A model generated the notes under the pieces. It was not told the origin of the DNA and made no database searches. It saw only the letters and a list, made by a program, of their open reading frames with translations. DNA of 64,000 nucleotides from Mobula hypostoma (Eukaryota), in contig NC_086097.1 in assembly GCF_963921235.1 (NCBI RefSeq), positions 174,222,001-174,286,000 on the forward strand, given 5' to 3'. Made by a program: the position numbers and the translations under genes. Each line of letters begins with the position of its first letter. Positions within the stretch are counted from its first letter, which is position 1. This document shows positions 27,001 to 42,000 of the stretch, piece by piece.

Positions 27001-30000
27001 TGGGATTGCTCTGCTACCAGAGAGGGTAAATTGCCTTCTGATTGCTGGTGGGATTGCTCTGCTACCAGAGAGGGTAAATTGCCTTCTGATTGCTGGTGGG
27101 ATTGCTGTGCTACTGGAGAGGGGGGACTGCTTTCTGATTGCTGGTGGGATTGCTCTGCTACCAGAGAGGGTAAATTGCCTTCTGATTGCTGGTGTGATTG
27201 CTCTGCTGCTGGAGAAGGGCGACTGCTTTCTGATTGCCGGTGGGATTGCTGTGCTACCAGAGAGGGTAAATTGCCTTCTGATTGCTGGTGGGATTGCTCT
27301 GCTACCAGAGAGGGTAAATTGCCTTCTGATTGCTGGTGGGATTGCTCTGCTGCTGGAGAGGGGGGACTGCTTTCTGATTGCTGGTGGGATTGCTCTGCTA
27401 CCAGAGAGGGTAAATTGCCTTCTCATTTCTGGTGGGATTGCTCTGCTACCAGAGAGGGTAAATTGCCTTCTGACCACTGGTGGGATTGCTCTGCGATCAC
27501 AGAGGGCAAATTGCCTTCTGATTGCTGGTGGGATTGCTCTGCGAACAGAGAGGGTAAATAGCTTCTGATTGCTGGTGGGATTGCTGTGCTGCCAGAGAGG
27601 GTAAATTGCCTTCTGATTGCTGGTGGGATTGCTCTGCTACCAGATAGAGTAATTTGCCTTCTGTTTGCTGGTGGGATTGCTGTGCTGCTGGAGAGGCGGG
27701 ACTGTTTTCTGATTGCTGGTGGGATTGCTCTGCTGCTGGAGGGGGGCTGCTTTCAGATACTGGTGGGATTGCTGTGCCACTGGAGAGGGTAAATTGCCTT
27801 CTGATTGCTGGTGGGATTGCTCTGCTACCAGAGAGCGTAAACTGCCTTCTGATTGCTGGTGGGATTCCTCTGCTACCAGAGAGGGTAAATTGCCTTCTGA
27901 TTGCTGGTGGGATTGCTCTGCTAACAGAGAGGGTAAATTGCCTTCTGATTGCTGGTGGGATTGCTGTGCTACCAGAGAGGGTAAATTGCCTTCTGATTGC
28001 TGGTGGGATTGCTCTGCTACCAGAGAGGGTAAATTGCCTTCTGATTGCTGGTGGGATTGCTCTGCTGCTGGAGAGGGGGGACTGCTTTCTGATTGCTGGT
28101 GGGATTGCTCTGCTACCAGAGAGGGTAAATTGCCTTCTGATTGCTGGTGGGATTGCTCTGCTACCAGAGAAGGTAAATTGCCTTCTGATTGCTGGTGGGA
28201 TTGCTCTGCTACCAGAGATGGTAAACGGCCTTCTGATTGCTGGTGGGATTGCTGTGCTACCAGAGATGGTAAATTGCCTTCTGATTGCTGGTGGGATTGC
28301 TGTGTTGCTGGAGAGGTGGGGCTGCTTTCTGATTGCTGGTGGGATTGCTGTGCCACTGGAGAGGGTAAATTGCCTTCTGATTGCTGGTGGGATTGGTCTG
28401 CTACCAGAGAGGGTAAACTGCCTTCTGATTGCTGGTGGGATTGCTCTGCTACCAGAGAGGGTAAATTGCCTTCTGATTGCTGGTGGGATTGCTCTGCTAC
28501 CAGAGAGGGTAAATTGCCTTCTGATTGCTGGTGGGATTGCTCTGCTGCTGGAGAGGGGGGACTGCCTTCTGATTGCTGGTGGGATTGCTCTGCTACCAGA
28601 GAGGGTAAATTGCCTTCTGATTGCTGGTGGGATTGCTCTGCTACCAGAGAGGGTAAATTGCCTTCTGATTGCTGGTGGGATTGCTCTGCTGCTGGAGAAG
28701 GGGGACTGCTTTCTGATTGCTGGTGGGATTGCTCTGCTACCAGAGAGGGTAAATTGCCTTCTGATTGCTGGTGGGATTGCTCTGCTACCAGAGAGGGTAA
28801 ATTGCCTTCTGATTGCTGGTGGGATTGCTCTGCTACCAGAGAGGGTAAATTGCCTTCTGATTGCTGGTGGGATTGCTCTGCTACCAGAGAGGGTAAATTG
28901 CCTTCTGTTTGCTGGTGGGATTGCTGTGCTGCTGGAGAGGCGGGACTGTTTTCTGATTGCTGGTGGGATTGCTCTGCTGCTGGAGGGGGGGGTCTGCTTT
29001 CTGATTGCTGGTGGGATTGCTGTGCCACTGGAGAGGGTAAATTGCCTTCTGATTGCTGGTGGGATTGCTCTGCTACCAGAGAGCGTAAACTGCCTTCTGA
29101 TTGCTGGTGCGATTGCTCTGCTGACAGAGAGGGTAAATTGCCTTCTGATTGCCGGTGGGATTGCTGTGCTACCATAGATGGTAAATTGCCTTCTAATTGC
29201 TGGTGGGATTGCTGTGCTACCAGAGAGGGTAAATTGCCTTCTGATTGCTGGTGGGATTGCTCTGCTACCAGAGAGGGTAAATTGCCTTCTGATTGCTGGT
29301 GGGATTGCTCTGCTGCTGGAGAGGGGGGACTGCTTTCTGATTGCTGGTGGGATTGCTCTGCTACCAGAGAGGGTAAATTGCCTTCTGATTGCTGCTGGGA
29401 TTGCTCTGCTACCAGAGAGGGTAAATTGCTTTCTGATTGCTGGTGGGATTGCACTGCTCCCAGAGATGGTAAACGGCCTTCTGATTGCTGGTGGGATTGC
29501 TGTGCTACCAGAGATGGTAAACTGCCTTCTGTTGCTGGTGGGATTGCTGTGTTGCTGGAGAGGTGGGGCTGCTTTCAGATTGCTGGTGGGATTGCTGTGC
29601 TACTGGAGAGGGTAAATTGCCTTCTGATTGCTGGTGGGATTGCTCTGCTACCAGAGAGGGTAAACTGCCTTCTGATTGCTGGTGGGATTGCTCTGCTACC
29701 AGAGAGGGTAAACTGCCTTCTGATTGCTGGTGGGATTGCTCTGCTACCAGAGAGGGTAAATTGCCTTCTGATTGCTGGTGGGATTGCTGTGCTGCTGGAG
29801 AGGGGGGACTGCTTTCTGATTGCTGGTGGGATTGCTCTGCTACCAGAGAGGGTAAATTGCCTTCTGATTGCTGGTGGGATTGCTCTGCTACCAGAGAGGG
29901 TAAATTGCCTTCTGATTGCTGGTGGGATTGCTCTGCTACCAGAGAGGGTAAATTGCCTTCTGATTGCTGGTGGGATTGCTCTGCTACCAGAGAGGGTAAA

Positions 30001-33000
30001 TTGCCTTCTGATTGCTGGTGGGATTGCTCTGCTGCTGGAGAGGGGGGACTGCTTTCTGATTGCTGGTGGGATTGCTGTGCCACTGGAGAGGGTAAATTGC
30101 CTTCTGATTGCTGGTGGGATTGCTCTGCTACCAGAGAGGGTAAATTGTCTTCTGATTGCTGGTGGGATTGCTCTGCTACCAGAGAGGGTAAATTGCCTTC
30201 TGATTGCTGGTGGGATTGCTGTGCTACTGTAGAGGGGGGACTGCTTTCTGATTGCTGGTGGGATTGCTCTGCTACCAGAGAGGGTAAATTGCCTTCTAAT
30301 TGCTGGTGGGATTGCTCTGCTACCAGAGAGGGTAAATTGCCTTCTGATTGCTGGTGGGATTGCTGTGCTACCAGAGAGGGTAAATTGCCTTCTGATTGCT
30401 GGTGGGATTGCTCTGCTACCAGAGAGGGTAAATTGCTTTCTGATTGCTGGTGGGATTGCACTGCTACCAGAGAGGGTAAATTGCCTTCTGATTCTGGTGG
30501 GATTGCTCTGCGATCACAGAGGGTAAATTGCCTTCTGATTGCTGCTGGGATTGCTCTGCTAACAGAGAGGGTAAATTGCCTTCTGATTGCTGGTGGGATT
30601 GCTCTGCTACCAGAGAGGGTAAATTGCCTTCTGATTGCTGGTGGGATTGCTCTGCTACCAGAGAGGGTAAACTGCTTCTGATTATTGGTGGGATTGCTGT
30701 GCTACCAGAGAGGGTAAATTGCCTTCTGATTGCTGGTGGGATTGCTCTGCTACCAGAGAGGGTAAATTGCTTTCTGATTGCTGCTGGGATTGCTCTGCTA
30801 CCAGAGAGGGTAAATTGCTTTCTGATTGCTGGTGGGATTGCTCTGCTCCCAGAGATGGTAAACGGCCTTCTGATTGCTGGTGGGATTGCTGTGCTACCAG
30901 AGAGGTAAACTGCCTTCTGTTGCTGGTGGGATTGCTGTGTTGCTGGAGAGGTGGGGCTGCTTTCAGATTGCTGGTGGGATTGCTGTGCCACTGGAGAGGG
31001 TAAATTGCCTTCTGATTGCTGGTGGGATTGGTCTGGTACCAGAGAGGGTAAACTGCCTTCTGATTGCTGGTGGGATTGCTCTGCTACCAGAGAGGGTAAA
31101 CTGCCTTCTGATTGCTGGTGGGATTGCTCTGCTACCAAAGAAGGTAAATTGCCCTCTGATTGCTGGTGGGATTGCTGTGTTGCTGCTAGAGGAGGGACTG
31201 CCTTCTGATTGCTGGTGGGATTGCTCTGCTACCAGAGAGCGTAAATTGCCTTCTGATTGCTGGTGGGATTGCTCTGCTAAGAGAGGGTAAATTGCCTTCT
31301 GATTGCTGGTGGGATTGCTGTGCTACCAGAGAGGGTAAATTGCCTTCTGATTGCTGGTGGGATTGCTCTGCTACCAGAGAGGGTAAATTGCCTTCTGATT
31401 GCTGGTGGGATTGCTCTGCTACCAGAGAGGGTAAATTGCCTTCTGATTGCTGGTGGGATTGCTCTGCTACCAGAGAGGGTAAATTGCTTTCTGATTGCTG
31501 GTGGGATTGCTCTGCTACCAGAGAGGGTAAATTGCCTTCTGATTGATGGTGGGATTCCTCTGCTACCAGAGAGGGTAAATTGCCTTCTGATTGCTGGTGG
31601 GATTGCTCTGCTGCCTGGAGAGGGTAAATTGCCTTCTGATTGCTGGTGGGATTGCTCTGCTACCAGAGAGGGTAAATTGCCTTCTGATTGCTGGTGGGAT
31701 TGCTCTGCTACCAGAGAGGGTAAATTGCCTTCTGATTGCTGGTGGGATTGCTCTGCTACCAGAGAGGGTAAATTATCTTCTGATTGCTGGTGGGATTGCT
31801 CTGCTACCAAAGAAGGTAAATTGCCTTCTGATTGCTGGTGGGATTGCTCTGCTACCAGAGAGGGTAAATTGCCTTCTGATTGCTGGTGGGATTGCTCTGC
31901 TACCAGAGAGGGTAAATTGCCTTCTGATTGCTGGTGGGATTGCTCTGCTGCTGGAGAGGGTAATTGCTTCTGATTGCTGGTGGGATTGCTCTGCTACCAG
32001 AGAAGGTAAATTGCCTTCTGATTGCTGGTGGGATTGCTCTGCTGCTGGAGAGGGTAAATTGCCTTCTGATTGCTGGTGGGATTGCTGTGCCACTGGAGAG
32101 GGTAAATTGCCTTCTGATTGCTGGTGGGATTGCTCTGGTACCAGAGAGGGTAAACTGCCTTCTGATTGCTGGTGGGATTGCTCTGCTACCAGAGAGGGTA
32201 AATTGCCTTCTGATTGCTGGTGGGATTGCTCTGCTGCTGGAGAGGGTAAATTGCCTTCTGATTGCTGGTGGGATTGGTGTGGTACCAGAGAGGGTAAACT
32301 GCCTTCTGATTGCTGGTGGGATTGCTCTGCGACCAGATAGCGTAAACTGCCTTCTGATTGCTGGTGGGATTGCTCTGCTACCAGAGAGGGTAAATTGCCT
32401 TCTGATTGCAGGTGGGATTGCTGTGCTACTGTAGAGGGGGGACTGCTTTCTGATTGCTGGTGGGATTCCACTGCTACCAGAGAGGGTAAATTGACTTCTA
32501 ATTGCTGGTGGGATTGCTGTGCTACTGTAGAGGGGGGACTGCTTTCTGATTGCTGGTGGGATTGCTCTGCGACCAGAGAGCGTAAACTGCCTTCTGATTG
32601 CTGGTGGGATTGCTCTGCTCACAGAGATGGTAAATTGCCTTCTGATTGCCGGTGGGATTGCTGTGCTACCACAGATGGTAAAGTGCCTTCTGATTGCTGT
32701 TGGGATTGCTTTGCTACCAGAGAGGGTAAATTGCCTTCTGATTGCTGGTGGGATTGCTCTGCTACCAGAGAGGGTAAATTGCCTTCTGATTGTTGGTGGG
32801 ATTGGTCTGCTGACACAGAGGGTAAATTGCCTTCTGATTGCTGGTGGGATTGCTTTGCTACTGGAGAGGGGGGACTGCTTTCTGATTGCTGGTGGGATTG
32901 CTCTGCTACCAAAGAAGGTAAATTGCCTTCATTCCTGGTGGGATTGCTCTGCTGCTGGAGAGGGGGGGCTGCTTTCAGATTACTGGTGGGATTGCTGTGC

Positions 33001-36000
33001 CACTGGAGAGGGTAAATTGCCTTCTGATTGCTGGTGGGATTGGTCTGGTACCAGAGAGGGTAAACTGCCTTCTGATTGCTGGTGGGATTGGTCTGGTACC
33101 AGAGAGCGTAAACTGCCTTCTAATTGCTGGTGGGATTGCTGTGCTACCAGAGAGGGTAAATTGCCTTCTGATTGCTGGTGGGATTGCTGTGCTACTGTAG
33201 AGGGGGGACTGCTTTCTGATTGCTGGTGGGATTGCTCTGCTACCAGAGAGGGTAAATTGACTTCTGATTGCTGGTGGGATTCCTCTGCTACCAGATAGAG
33301 TGAATTGCCTTCTAATTGCTGGTGGGATTGCTCTGCTACCAGAGAGGGTAAATTGCCTTCTGATTGCTGGTGGGATTGCTGTGCTACCAGAGAGGATAAA
33401 TTGCCTTCTGATTGCTGGTGGGATTGCTCTACTGCTGGAGGGGGGGTTTTCTGCTTTCATATTACTGCTGGGATTGCTGTGCCACTGGAGAGGGTAAATT
33501 GCCTTCTGATTGCTGGTGGGATTGCTCTGCTACCAGAGAGGGTAAATTGTCTTCTGATTGCTGGTGGGATTCCTCTGCTACCAGAGAGGGTAAATTGCCT
33601 TCTAATTGCTGGTTGGAATGCTGTGCTACTGTAGAGGGGGGAGTGCTTTCTGATTGCTGGTGGGATTGCTCTGCTACCAGATAGGGTAAATTGCCTTCTG
33701 ATTGCTGGTGGGATTGCTCTGCTACCAGAGAGGGTAAATTGCCTTCTGATTGCTGGTGGGATTGCTCTGCTACCAGAGAGGGTAAATTGCCTTCTGATTG
33801 CTGGTGGGATTGCTCTGCTACCAGAGAGGGTAAATTGCCTTCTGATTGCTGGTGGGATTGCTCTGCTACCAGAGAGGGTAAATTGCCTTCTGATTGCTGG
33901 TGGGATTGCTCTGCGATCACAGAGGGTAAATTGCCTTCTGATTGCTGCTGGGATTGCTCTGCTAACAGAGAGGGTAAATTGCCTTCTGATTGCTGGTGGG
34001 ATTGCTGTGCTACCAGAGAGGGTAAATTGCCTTCTGATTGCTGGTGGGATTGCTCTGCTACCAGAGAGGGTAAACTGCCTTCTGATTATTGGTGGGGTTG
34101 CTGTGATACCAGAGAGAGTAAATTATCTTCTCATTGCTGGTGGGTTTGCTCTGCTACCAGAAAGCGTAAATTGCTTTCTGATTGCTGGTGGGATTGCTGT
34201 GCTGCTGGAGAAGGGCGACTGCTTTCTGATTGCCGGTGGGATTGCTGTGCTACCAGAGAGGGTAAATTGCCTTCTGATTGCTGGTGGGATTGCTCTGCTA
34301 CCAGAGAGGGTAAATTGCCTTCTGATTGCTGGTGGGATTGCTCTGCTACCAGAGAGGGTAAATTGCCTTCTGATTGCTGGTGGGATTGCTCTGCTACCAA
34401 AGAAGGTAAATTGCCTTCTGATTGCTGGTGGGATTGCTCTGTGACCAGATAGCGTAAACTGCCTTCTGATTGCTGGTGGGATTGCTCTGCTACCAGAGAG
34501 GGTAAATTGCCTTCTGATTGCTGGTGGGATTGCTGTGCTACTGTAGAGGGGGGACTGCTTTCTGATTGCTGGTGGGATTGCTCTGCTACCAGAGAGGGTA
34601 AATTGCCTTCTGATTGCTGGTGGGATTGCTCTGCTACCAGAGAGGGTAAATTGCCTTCTGATTGCTGGTGGGATTGCTCTGCTGCTGGAGAGGGGGGACT
34701 GCTTTCTGATTGCTCGTGGGATTGCTGTGATACCAGAGAGGGTAAATTGCCTTCTCATTGCTGGTGGGATTGCTCTGCTACCAGAGAGGGTAAATTGCCT
34801 TCTGATTGCTGGTGGGATTGCTCTGCTACCAGAGAGGGTAAATTGCCTTCTGATTGCTGGTGGGATTGCTCTGCTACCAGAGAGGGTAAATTGCCTTCTG
34901 ATTGCTGGTGGGATTGCTGTGCTACCAGAGAGGGTAAATTGCCTTCTGATTGCTGGTGGGATTGCTCTGCTACCAGAGAGGGTAAATTGCCTTCTGATTG
35001 CTGGTGGGATTGCTCTGCTGCTGGAGAGGCGGGACTGTTTTCTGATTGCTGGTGGGATTGCTCTGCTGCTGGAGAGGGGGGGCTGCTTTCAGATTACTGG
35101 TGGGATTGCTGTGCCACTGGAGAGGGTAAATTGCCTTCTGATTGCTGGTGGGATTGCTCTGCTACCAGAGAGCGTAAACTGCCTTCTGATTGCTGGTGCG
35201 ATTGCTCTGCTGACAGAGAGGGTAAATTGCCTTCTGATTGCCGGTGGGATTGCTGTGCTACCATAGATGGTAAATTGCCTTCTAATTGCTGGTGGGATTG
35301 CTGTGCTACCAGAGAGGGTAAATTGCCTTCTGATTGCTGGTGGGATTGCTCTGCTACCAGAGAGGGTAAATTGCCTTCTGATTGCTGGTGGGATTGCTCT
35401 GCTGCTGGAGAGGGGGGACTGCTTTCTGATTGCTGGTGGGATTGCTCTGCTACCAGAGAGGGTAAATTGCCTTCTGATTGCTGCTGGGATTGCTCTGCTA
35501 CCAGAGAGGGTAAATTGCTTTCTGATTGCTGGTGGGATTGCACTGCTCCCAGAGATGGTAAACGGCCTTCTGATTGCTGGTGGGATTGCTGTGCTACCAG
35601 AGACGGTAAACTGCCTTCTGTTGCTGGTGGGATTGCTGTGTTGCTGGAGAGGTGGGGCTGCTTTCAGATTGCTGGTGGGATTGCTGTGCCACTGGAGATG
35701 GTAAATTGCCTTCTGATTGCTGGTGGGATTGGTCTGGTACCAGAGAGGGTAAACTGCCTTCTGATTGCTGGTGGGATTGCTCTGCTACCAGAGAGCGTAA
35801 ACTGCCTGCTGATTGCTGGTGGGATTGCTCTGCTACCAAAGAAGGTAAATTGCCCTCTGATTGCTGGTGGGATTGCTGTGTTGCTGGAGAGGAGGGACTG
35901 CCTTCTGATTGCTGGTGGGATTGCTCTGCTCCCAGAGAGCGTAAATTGCCTTCTGATTGCTGGTGGGATTGCTCTGCTAACAGAGAGGGTAAATTGCCTT

Positions 36001-39000
36001 CTGATTGCTGGTGGGATTGCTGTGCTACCAGAGAGGGTAAATTGCCTTCTGATTGCTGGTGGGATTGCTCTGCTACCAGAGAGGCCTAAATGGGTGCCTT
36101 CTGATTGTGGTGGGTTGCTTGATACCAGAGAGAGTAAATTATCTTCTCATTGCTGGTGGGATTGCTCTGCTACCAGAGAGGGTAAATTGCCTTCTGATTG
36201 CTGGTGGGATTGCTCTGCTACCAGAGAGGGTAAATTGCCTTCTGATTGCTGGTGGGATTGCTCTACTGCTGCAGGGGGGGTTTTCTGCTTTCATATTACT
36301 GCTGGGATTGCTGTGCCACTGGAGAGGGTAAATTGCCTTCTGATTGCTGGTGGGATTGCTCTGCTACCAGAGAGGGTAAATTGCCTTCTGATTGCTGGTG
36401 GGATTGCTCTGCTACCAGAGAGGGTAAATTGCCTTCTGATTGCTGGTGGGATTGCTCTGCTACCAGAGAGGGTAAATTGCCTTCTGATTGCTGGTGGGAT
36501 TGCTCTGCTACCAGAGAGGGTAAACTGCCTTCTGATTGCTGGTGGGATTGCTCTGCTACCAGAGAGGGTAAATTGCCTTCTGATTGCTGGTGGGATTGCT
36601 CTGCTACTGTAGAGGGGGGACTGCTTTCTGATTGCTGGTGGGATTCCACTGCTACCAGAGAGGGTAAATTGCCTTCTAATTGCTGGTGGGATTGCTGTGC
36701 TACTGTAGAGGGGGGACTGCTTTCTGATTGCTGGTGGGATTGCTCTGCTACCAGAGAGGGTAAATTGCCTTCTGATTGCTGGTGGGATTGCTCTGCTACC
36801 AGAGAGGGTAAATTGCCTTCTGATTGCTGGTGGGATTGCTCTGCTGCTGGAGAGGGGGGACTGCTTTCTGATTGCTGGTGGGATTGCTCTGCTACCAGAG
36901 AGGGTAAATTGCCTTCTGATTGCTGGTGGGATTGCTCTGCTACCAGAGAGGGTAAATTGCCTTCTGATTGCTGATTGCTCTGGTGGGATTGCTCTGCTAC
37001 CAGAGAGGGTAAATTGCTGATTCTGGTGGGATTGCTCTGCTGGGTAAATTGCTGTTGCTGGTGGGATTGCTGTGTGTGCTGGAGAGGGGGCTGCCTTCTG
37101 ATTGCTGGTGGGATTGCTGTGCCACTGGAGAGGGTAAATTGCCTTCTGATTGCTGGTGGGATTGCTCTGCTACCAGAGAGGTAAATTGCCTTCTGATTGC
37201 TGGTGGGATTGCTCTGCTACCAGAGAGGGTAAATTGCCTTCTGATTGCTGGTGGGATTGCTGTGCTACCAGAGAGGGTAAATTGCCTTCTGATTGCTGGT
37301 GGGATTGCTCTGCTACCAGAGAGGGTAAATTGCCTTCTGATTGCTGGTGGGATTGCTCTGCTACCAGAGAGGGTAAATTGCCTTCTGATTGCTGGTGGGA
37401 TTGCTCTGCTGCTGGAGAAGGGGGACTGCTTTCTGATTGCTGGTGGGATTGCTCTGCTACCAGAGAGGGTAAATTGCCTTCTGATTGCTGGTGGGATTGC
37501 TCTGCTCGAGAGGGATGCTTCTGATTGCGGTGGATTGCTCTGCTACCAGAGAGGGTAAATTGCTTTCTGATTGCTGGTGGGATTGCTCTGCTACCAGAGA
37601 GGGTAAATTGCCTTCTGATTGCTGGTGGGATTGCTCTGCTACCAGAGAGGGTAAATTGCCTTCTGATTGCTGGTGGGATTGCTCTGCTACTGGAGAGGGG
37701 GGACTGCTTTCTGATTGCTGGTGGGATTGCTCTGCTACCAGAGAGGGTAAATTGCCTTCTGATTGCTGGTGGGATTGCTGTGCTACCAGAGATGGTAAAC
37801 TGCCTTCTGTTGCTGGTGGGATTGCTGTGTTGCTGGAGAGGTGGGGCTGCTTTCAGATTGCTGGTGGGATTGCTGTGCCACTGGAGAGGGTAAATTGCCT
37901 TCTGATTGCTGGTGGGATTGCTCTGCTACCAGAGAGGGTAAACTGCCTTCTGATTGCTGGTGGGATTGCTCTGCTACCAGAGAGGGTAAATTGCCTTCTG
38001 ATTGCTGGTGGGATTGCTCTGCTACCAGAGAGGGTAAATTGCCTTCTGATTGCTGGTGGGATTGCTGTGCTGCTGGAGAGGGGGGACTGCCTTCTGATTG
38101 CTGGTGGGATTGCTCTGCTACCAGAGAGGGTAAATTGCCTTCTGATTGCTGGTGGGATTGCTCTGCTACCAGAGAGGGTAAATTGCCTTCTGATTGCTGG
38201 TGGGATTGCTCTGCTGCTGGAGAAGGGGGACTGCTTTCTGATTGCTGGTGGGATTGCTCTGCTACCAGAGAGGGTAAATTGCCTTCTCATTGCTGGTGGG
38301 ATTGCTCTGCTACCAGAGAGGGTAAATTGCCTTCTGATTGCTGGTGGGATTGCTCTGCTACCAGAGAGGGTAAATTGCCTTCTGATTGCTAGTGGGATTG
38401 CTCTGCTACCAGAGAGGGTAAATTGCCTTCTGATTGCTGGTGGGATTGCTGTGCTACCAGAGAGGGTAAATTGCCTTCTGATTGCTGGTGGGATTGCTCT
38501 GCTACCAGAGAGGGTAAATTGCCTTCTGATTGCTGGTGGGATTGCTGTGCTGCTGGAGAGGCGGGACTGTTTTCTGATTGCTGGTGGGATTGCTCTGCTG
38601 CTGGAGGGGGGGGGGCTGCTTTCAGATTACTGGTGGGATTGCTGTGCCACTGGAGAGGGTAAATTGCCTTCTGATTGCTGGTGGGATTGCTCTGCTACCA
38701 GAGAGCGTAAACTGCCTTCTGATTGCTGGTGGGATTGCTCTGCTAACAGAGAGGGTAAATTGCCTTCTGATTGCCGGTGGGATTGCTGTGCTACCACAGA
38801 TGGTAAATTGCCTTCTGATTGCTGGTGGGATTGCTGTGCTACCAGAGAGGGTAAATTGCCTTCTGATTGCTGGTGGGATTGCTCTGCTACCAGAGAGGGT
38901 AAATTGCCTTCTGATTGCTGGTGGGATTGCTCTGCTGCTGGAGAGGGGGGACTGCTTTCTGATTGCTGGTGGGATTGCTCTGCTACCAGAGAGGGTAAAT

Positions 39001-42000
39001 TGCCTTCTGATTGCTGGTGGGATTGCTCTGCTACCAGAGAGGGTAAATTGCCTTCTGATTGCTGGTGGGATTGCTCTGCTACCAGAGAGGGTAAATTGCC
39101 TTCTGATTGCTGGTGGGATTGCTCTGCTACCAGAGAGGGTAAACTGCCTTCTGTTGCTGGTGGGATTGCTGTGTTGCTGGAGAGGTGGGGCTGCTTTCAG
39201 ATTGCTGGTGGGATTGCTGTGCCACTGGAGAGGGTAAATTGCCTTCTGATTGCTGGTGGGATTGGTCTGGTACCAGAGAGGGTAAACTGCCTTCTGATTG
39301 CTGGTGGGATTGCTCTGCTACCAGAGAGCGTAAACTGCCTTCTGATTGCTGGTGGGATTGCTCTGCTACCAGAGAGGGTAAATTGCCTTCTGATTGCTGG
39401 TGGGATTGCTGTGCTGCTGGAGAGGAGGGACTGCCTTCTGATTGCTGGTGGGATTGCTCTGCTCCCAGAGAGCGTAAATTGCCTTCTGATTGCTGGTGGG
39501 ATTGCTCTGCTAACAGAGAGGGTAAATTGCCTTCTGATTGCTGGTGGGATTGCTGTGCTACCAGAGAGGGTAAATTGCCTTCTGATTGCCTGCTACCAGA
39601 GAGGGTAAATTGCCTTCTGACCTGCTGATTGCTGGTGGGATTGCTCTGCTACCATTGCTGGTGGGAAGAGAAGGTAAATTGCCTTCTGATTGCTGGTGGG
39701 ATTGCTCTGCTGCTGGAGAAGGGGGACTTCTTTCTGATTGCTGGTGGGATTGCTCTGCTACCAGAGAGGGTAAATTGCCTTCTGATTGCTGGTGGGATTG
39801 CTCTGCTAACAGAGAGGGTAAATTGCCTTCTGATTGCTGGTGGGATTGCTGTGCTACCAGAGAGGGTAAATTGCCTTCTGATTGCTGGTGGGATTGCTCT
39901 GCTACCAGAGAGGGTAAATTGCTTTCTGATTGCTGGTGGGATTGCTCTGCTACCAGAGAGGGTAAATTGCCTTCTGATTGCTGGTGGGATTGCTCTGCGA
40001 TCACAGAGGGTAAATTGCCTTCTGATTGCTGCTGGGATTGCTCTGCTAACAGAGAGGGTAAATTGCCTTCTGATTGCTGGTGGGATTGCTCTGCTACCAG
40101 AGAGGGTAAATTGCCTTCTGATTGCTGGTGGGATTGCTCTGCTACCAGAGAGGGTAAACTGCCTTCTGATTATTGGTGGGGTTGCTGTGATACCAGAGAG
40201 AGTAAATTATCTTCTCATTGCTGGTGGGATTGCTCTGCTACCAGAAAGCGTAAATTGCTTTCTGATTGCTGGTGGGATTGCTCTGCTACCAGAGAGGGTA
40301 AATTGCCTTCTGATTGATGGTGGGATTGCTCTGCTGCTGGAGAGGGTAAATTGCCTTCTGATTGCTGGTGGGATTGCTCTGCTACCAAAGAAGGTAAATT
40401 GCCTTCTGATTGCTGGTGGGATTGCTGTGTTGCTGGAGAGGTGGGGCTGCTTCACATTGCTATTGGGATTGCTGTGCCACTGGAGAGGGTAAATTGCCTT
40501 CTGATTGCTGGTGGGATTGGTCTGGTACCAGAGAGGGTAAACTGCCTTCTGATTGCTGGTGGGATTGCTCTGCTACCAGAGAGGGTAAATTGCCTTCTGA
40601 TTGCTGGTGGGATTGCTCTGCTACCAAAGAAGGTAAATTGCCTTCTGATTGCTGGTGGGATTGCTCTGCTGCTGGAGAGGGTAAATTGCCTTCTGATTGC
40701 TGGTGGGATTGGTGTGGTACCAGAGAGGGTAAACTGCCTTCTGATTGCTGGTGGGATTGCTCTGCGACCAGAGAGCGTAAACTGCCTTCTGATTGCTGGT
40801 GGGATTGCTCTGCTACCAGAGAGGGTAAATTGCCTTCTGATTGCTGGTGGGATTGCTCTGCTGCTGGAGAGGGGGGACTGCTTTCTGATTGCTGGTGGGA
40901 TTGCTCTGCTACCAGAGAGGGTAAATTGCCTTCTAATTGCTGGTGGGATTGCTGTGCTACTGTAGAGGGGGGACTGCTTTCTGATTGCTGGTGGGATTGC
41001 TCTGCTACCAGAGAGGGTAAATTGCCTTCTGATTGCTGGTGGGATTGCTCTGCTACCAGAGAGAGTAAATTGCCTTCTAATTGCTGGTGGGATTGCTCTG
41101 CTACCAGAGAGGGTAAATTGCCTTCTGATTGCTGGTGGGATTGCTGTGCTACCAGAGAGGGTAAATTGCCTTCTGATTGCTGGTGGGATTGCTGTGTTGC
41201 TGGAGAGGTGGGGCTGCTTTCAGATTGCTGGTGGGATTGCTGTGCCACTGGAGAGGGTAAATTGCCTTCTGATTGCTGGTGGGATTGCTCTGCTACCAGA
41301 GAGGGTAAACTGCCTTCTGATTGCTGGTGGGATTGCTCTGCTACCAGAGAGGGTAAATTGCCTTCTGATTGCTGCTGGGATTGCTCTGCTACCAGAGAGG
41401 GTAAATTGCCCTCTGATTGCTGGTGGGATTGCTGTGATGCTGGAGAGGAGGGACTGCCTTCTGATTGCTGGTGGGATTGCTCTGCTCCCAGAGAGCGTAA
41501 ATTGCCTTCTGATTGCTGCTGGGATTGCTCTGCTAACAGAGAGGGTAAATTGCCTTCTGATTGCTGGTGGGATTGCTGTGCTGCCAGAGAGGGTGGACTG
41601 CTTTCTGATTGCTGGTGGGATTGCTCTGCTACCAGAGAGGGTAAATTGCCTTCTCATTGCTGGTGGGATTGCTCTGCTACCAGAGAGGGTAAATTGCCTT
41701 CTGATTGCTGGTGGGATTGCTCTGCTACCAGAGAGGGTAAATTGCCTTCTGATTGCTGGTGGGATTGCTCTGCTACCAGAGAGGGTAAATAGCTTTCTGA
41801 TTGCTGGTGGGATTGCTGTGCTGCCAGAGAGGGTAAATTGCCTTCTGATTGCTGGTGGGATTGCTCTGCTACCAGATAGAGTAATTTGCCTTCTGTTTGC
41901 TGGTGGGATTGCTGTGCTGCTGGAGAGGCGGGACTGTTTTCTGATTGCTGGTGGGATTGCTCTGCTGCTGGAGGGGGGGGGGCTGCTTTCAGATTACTGG

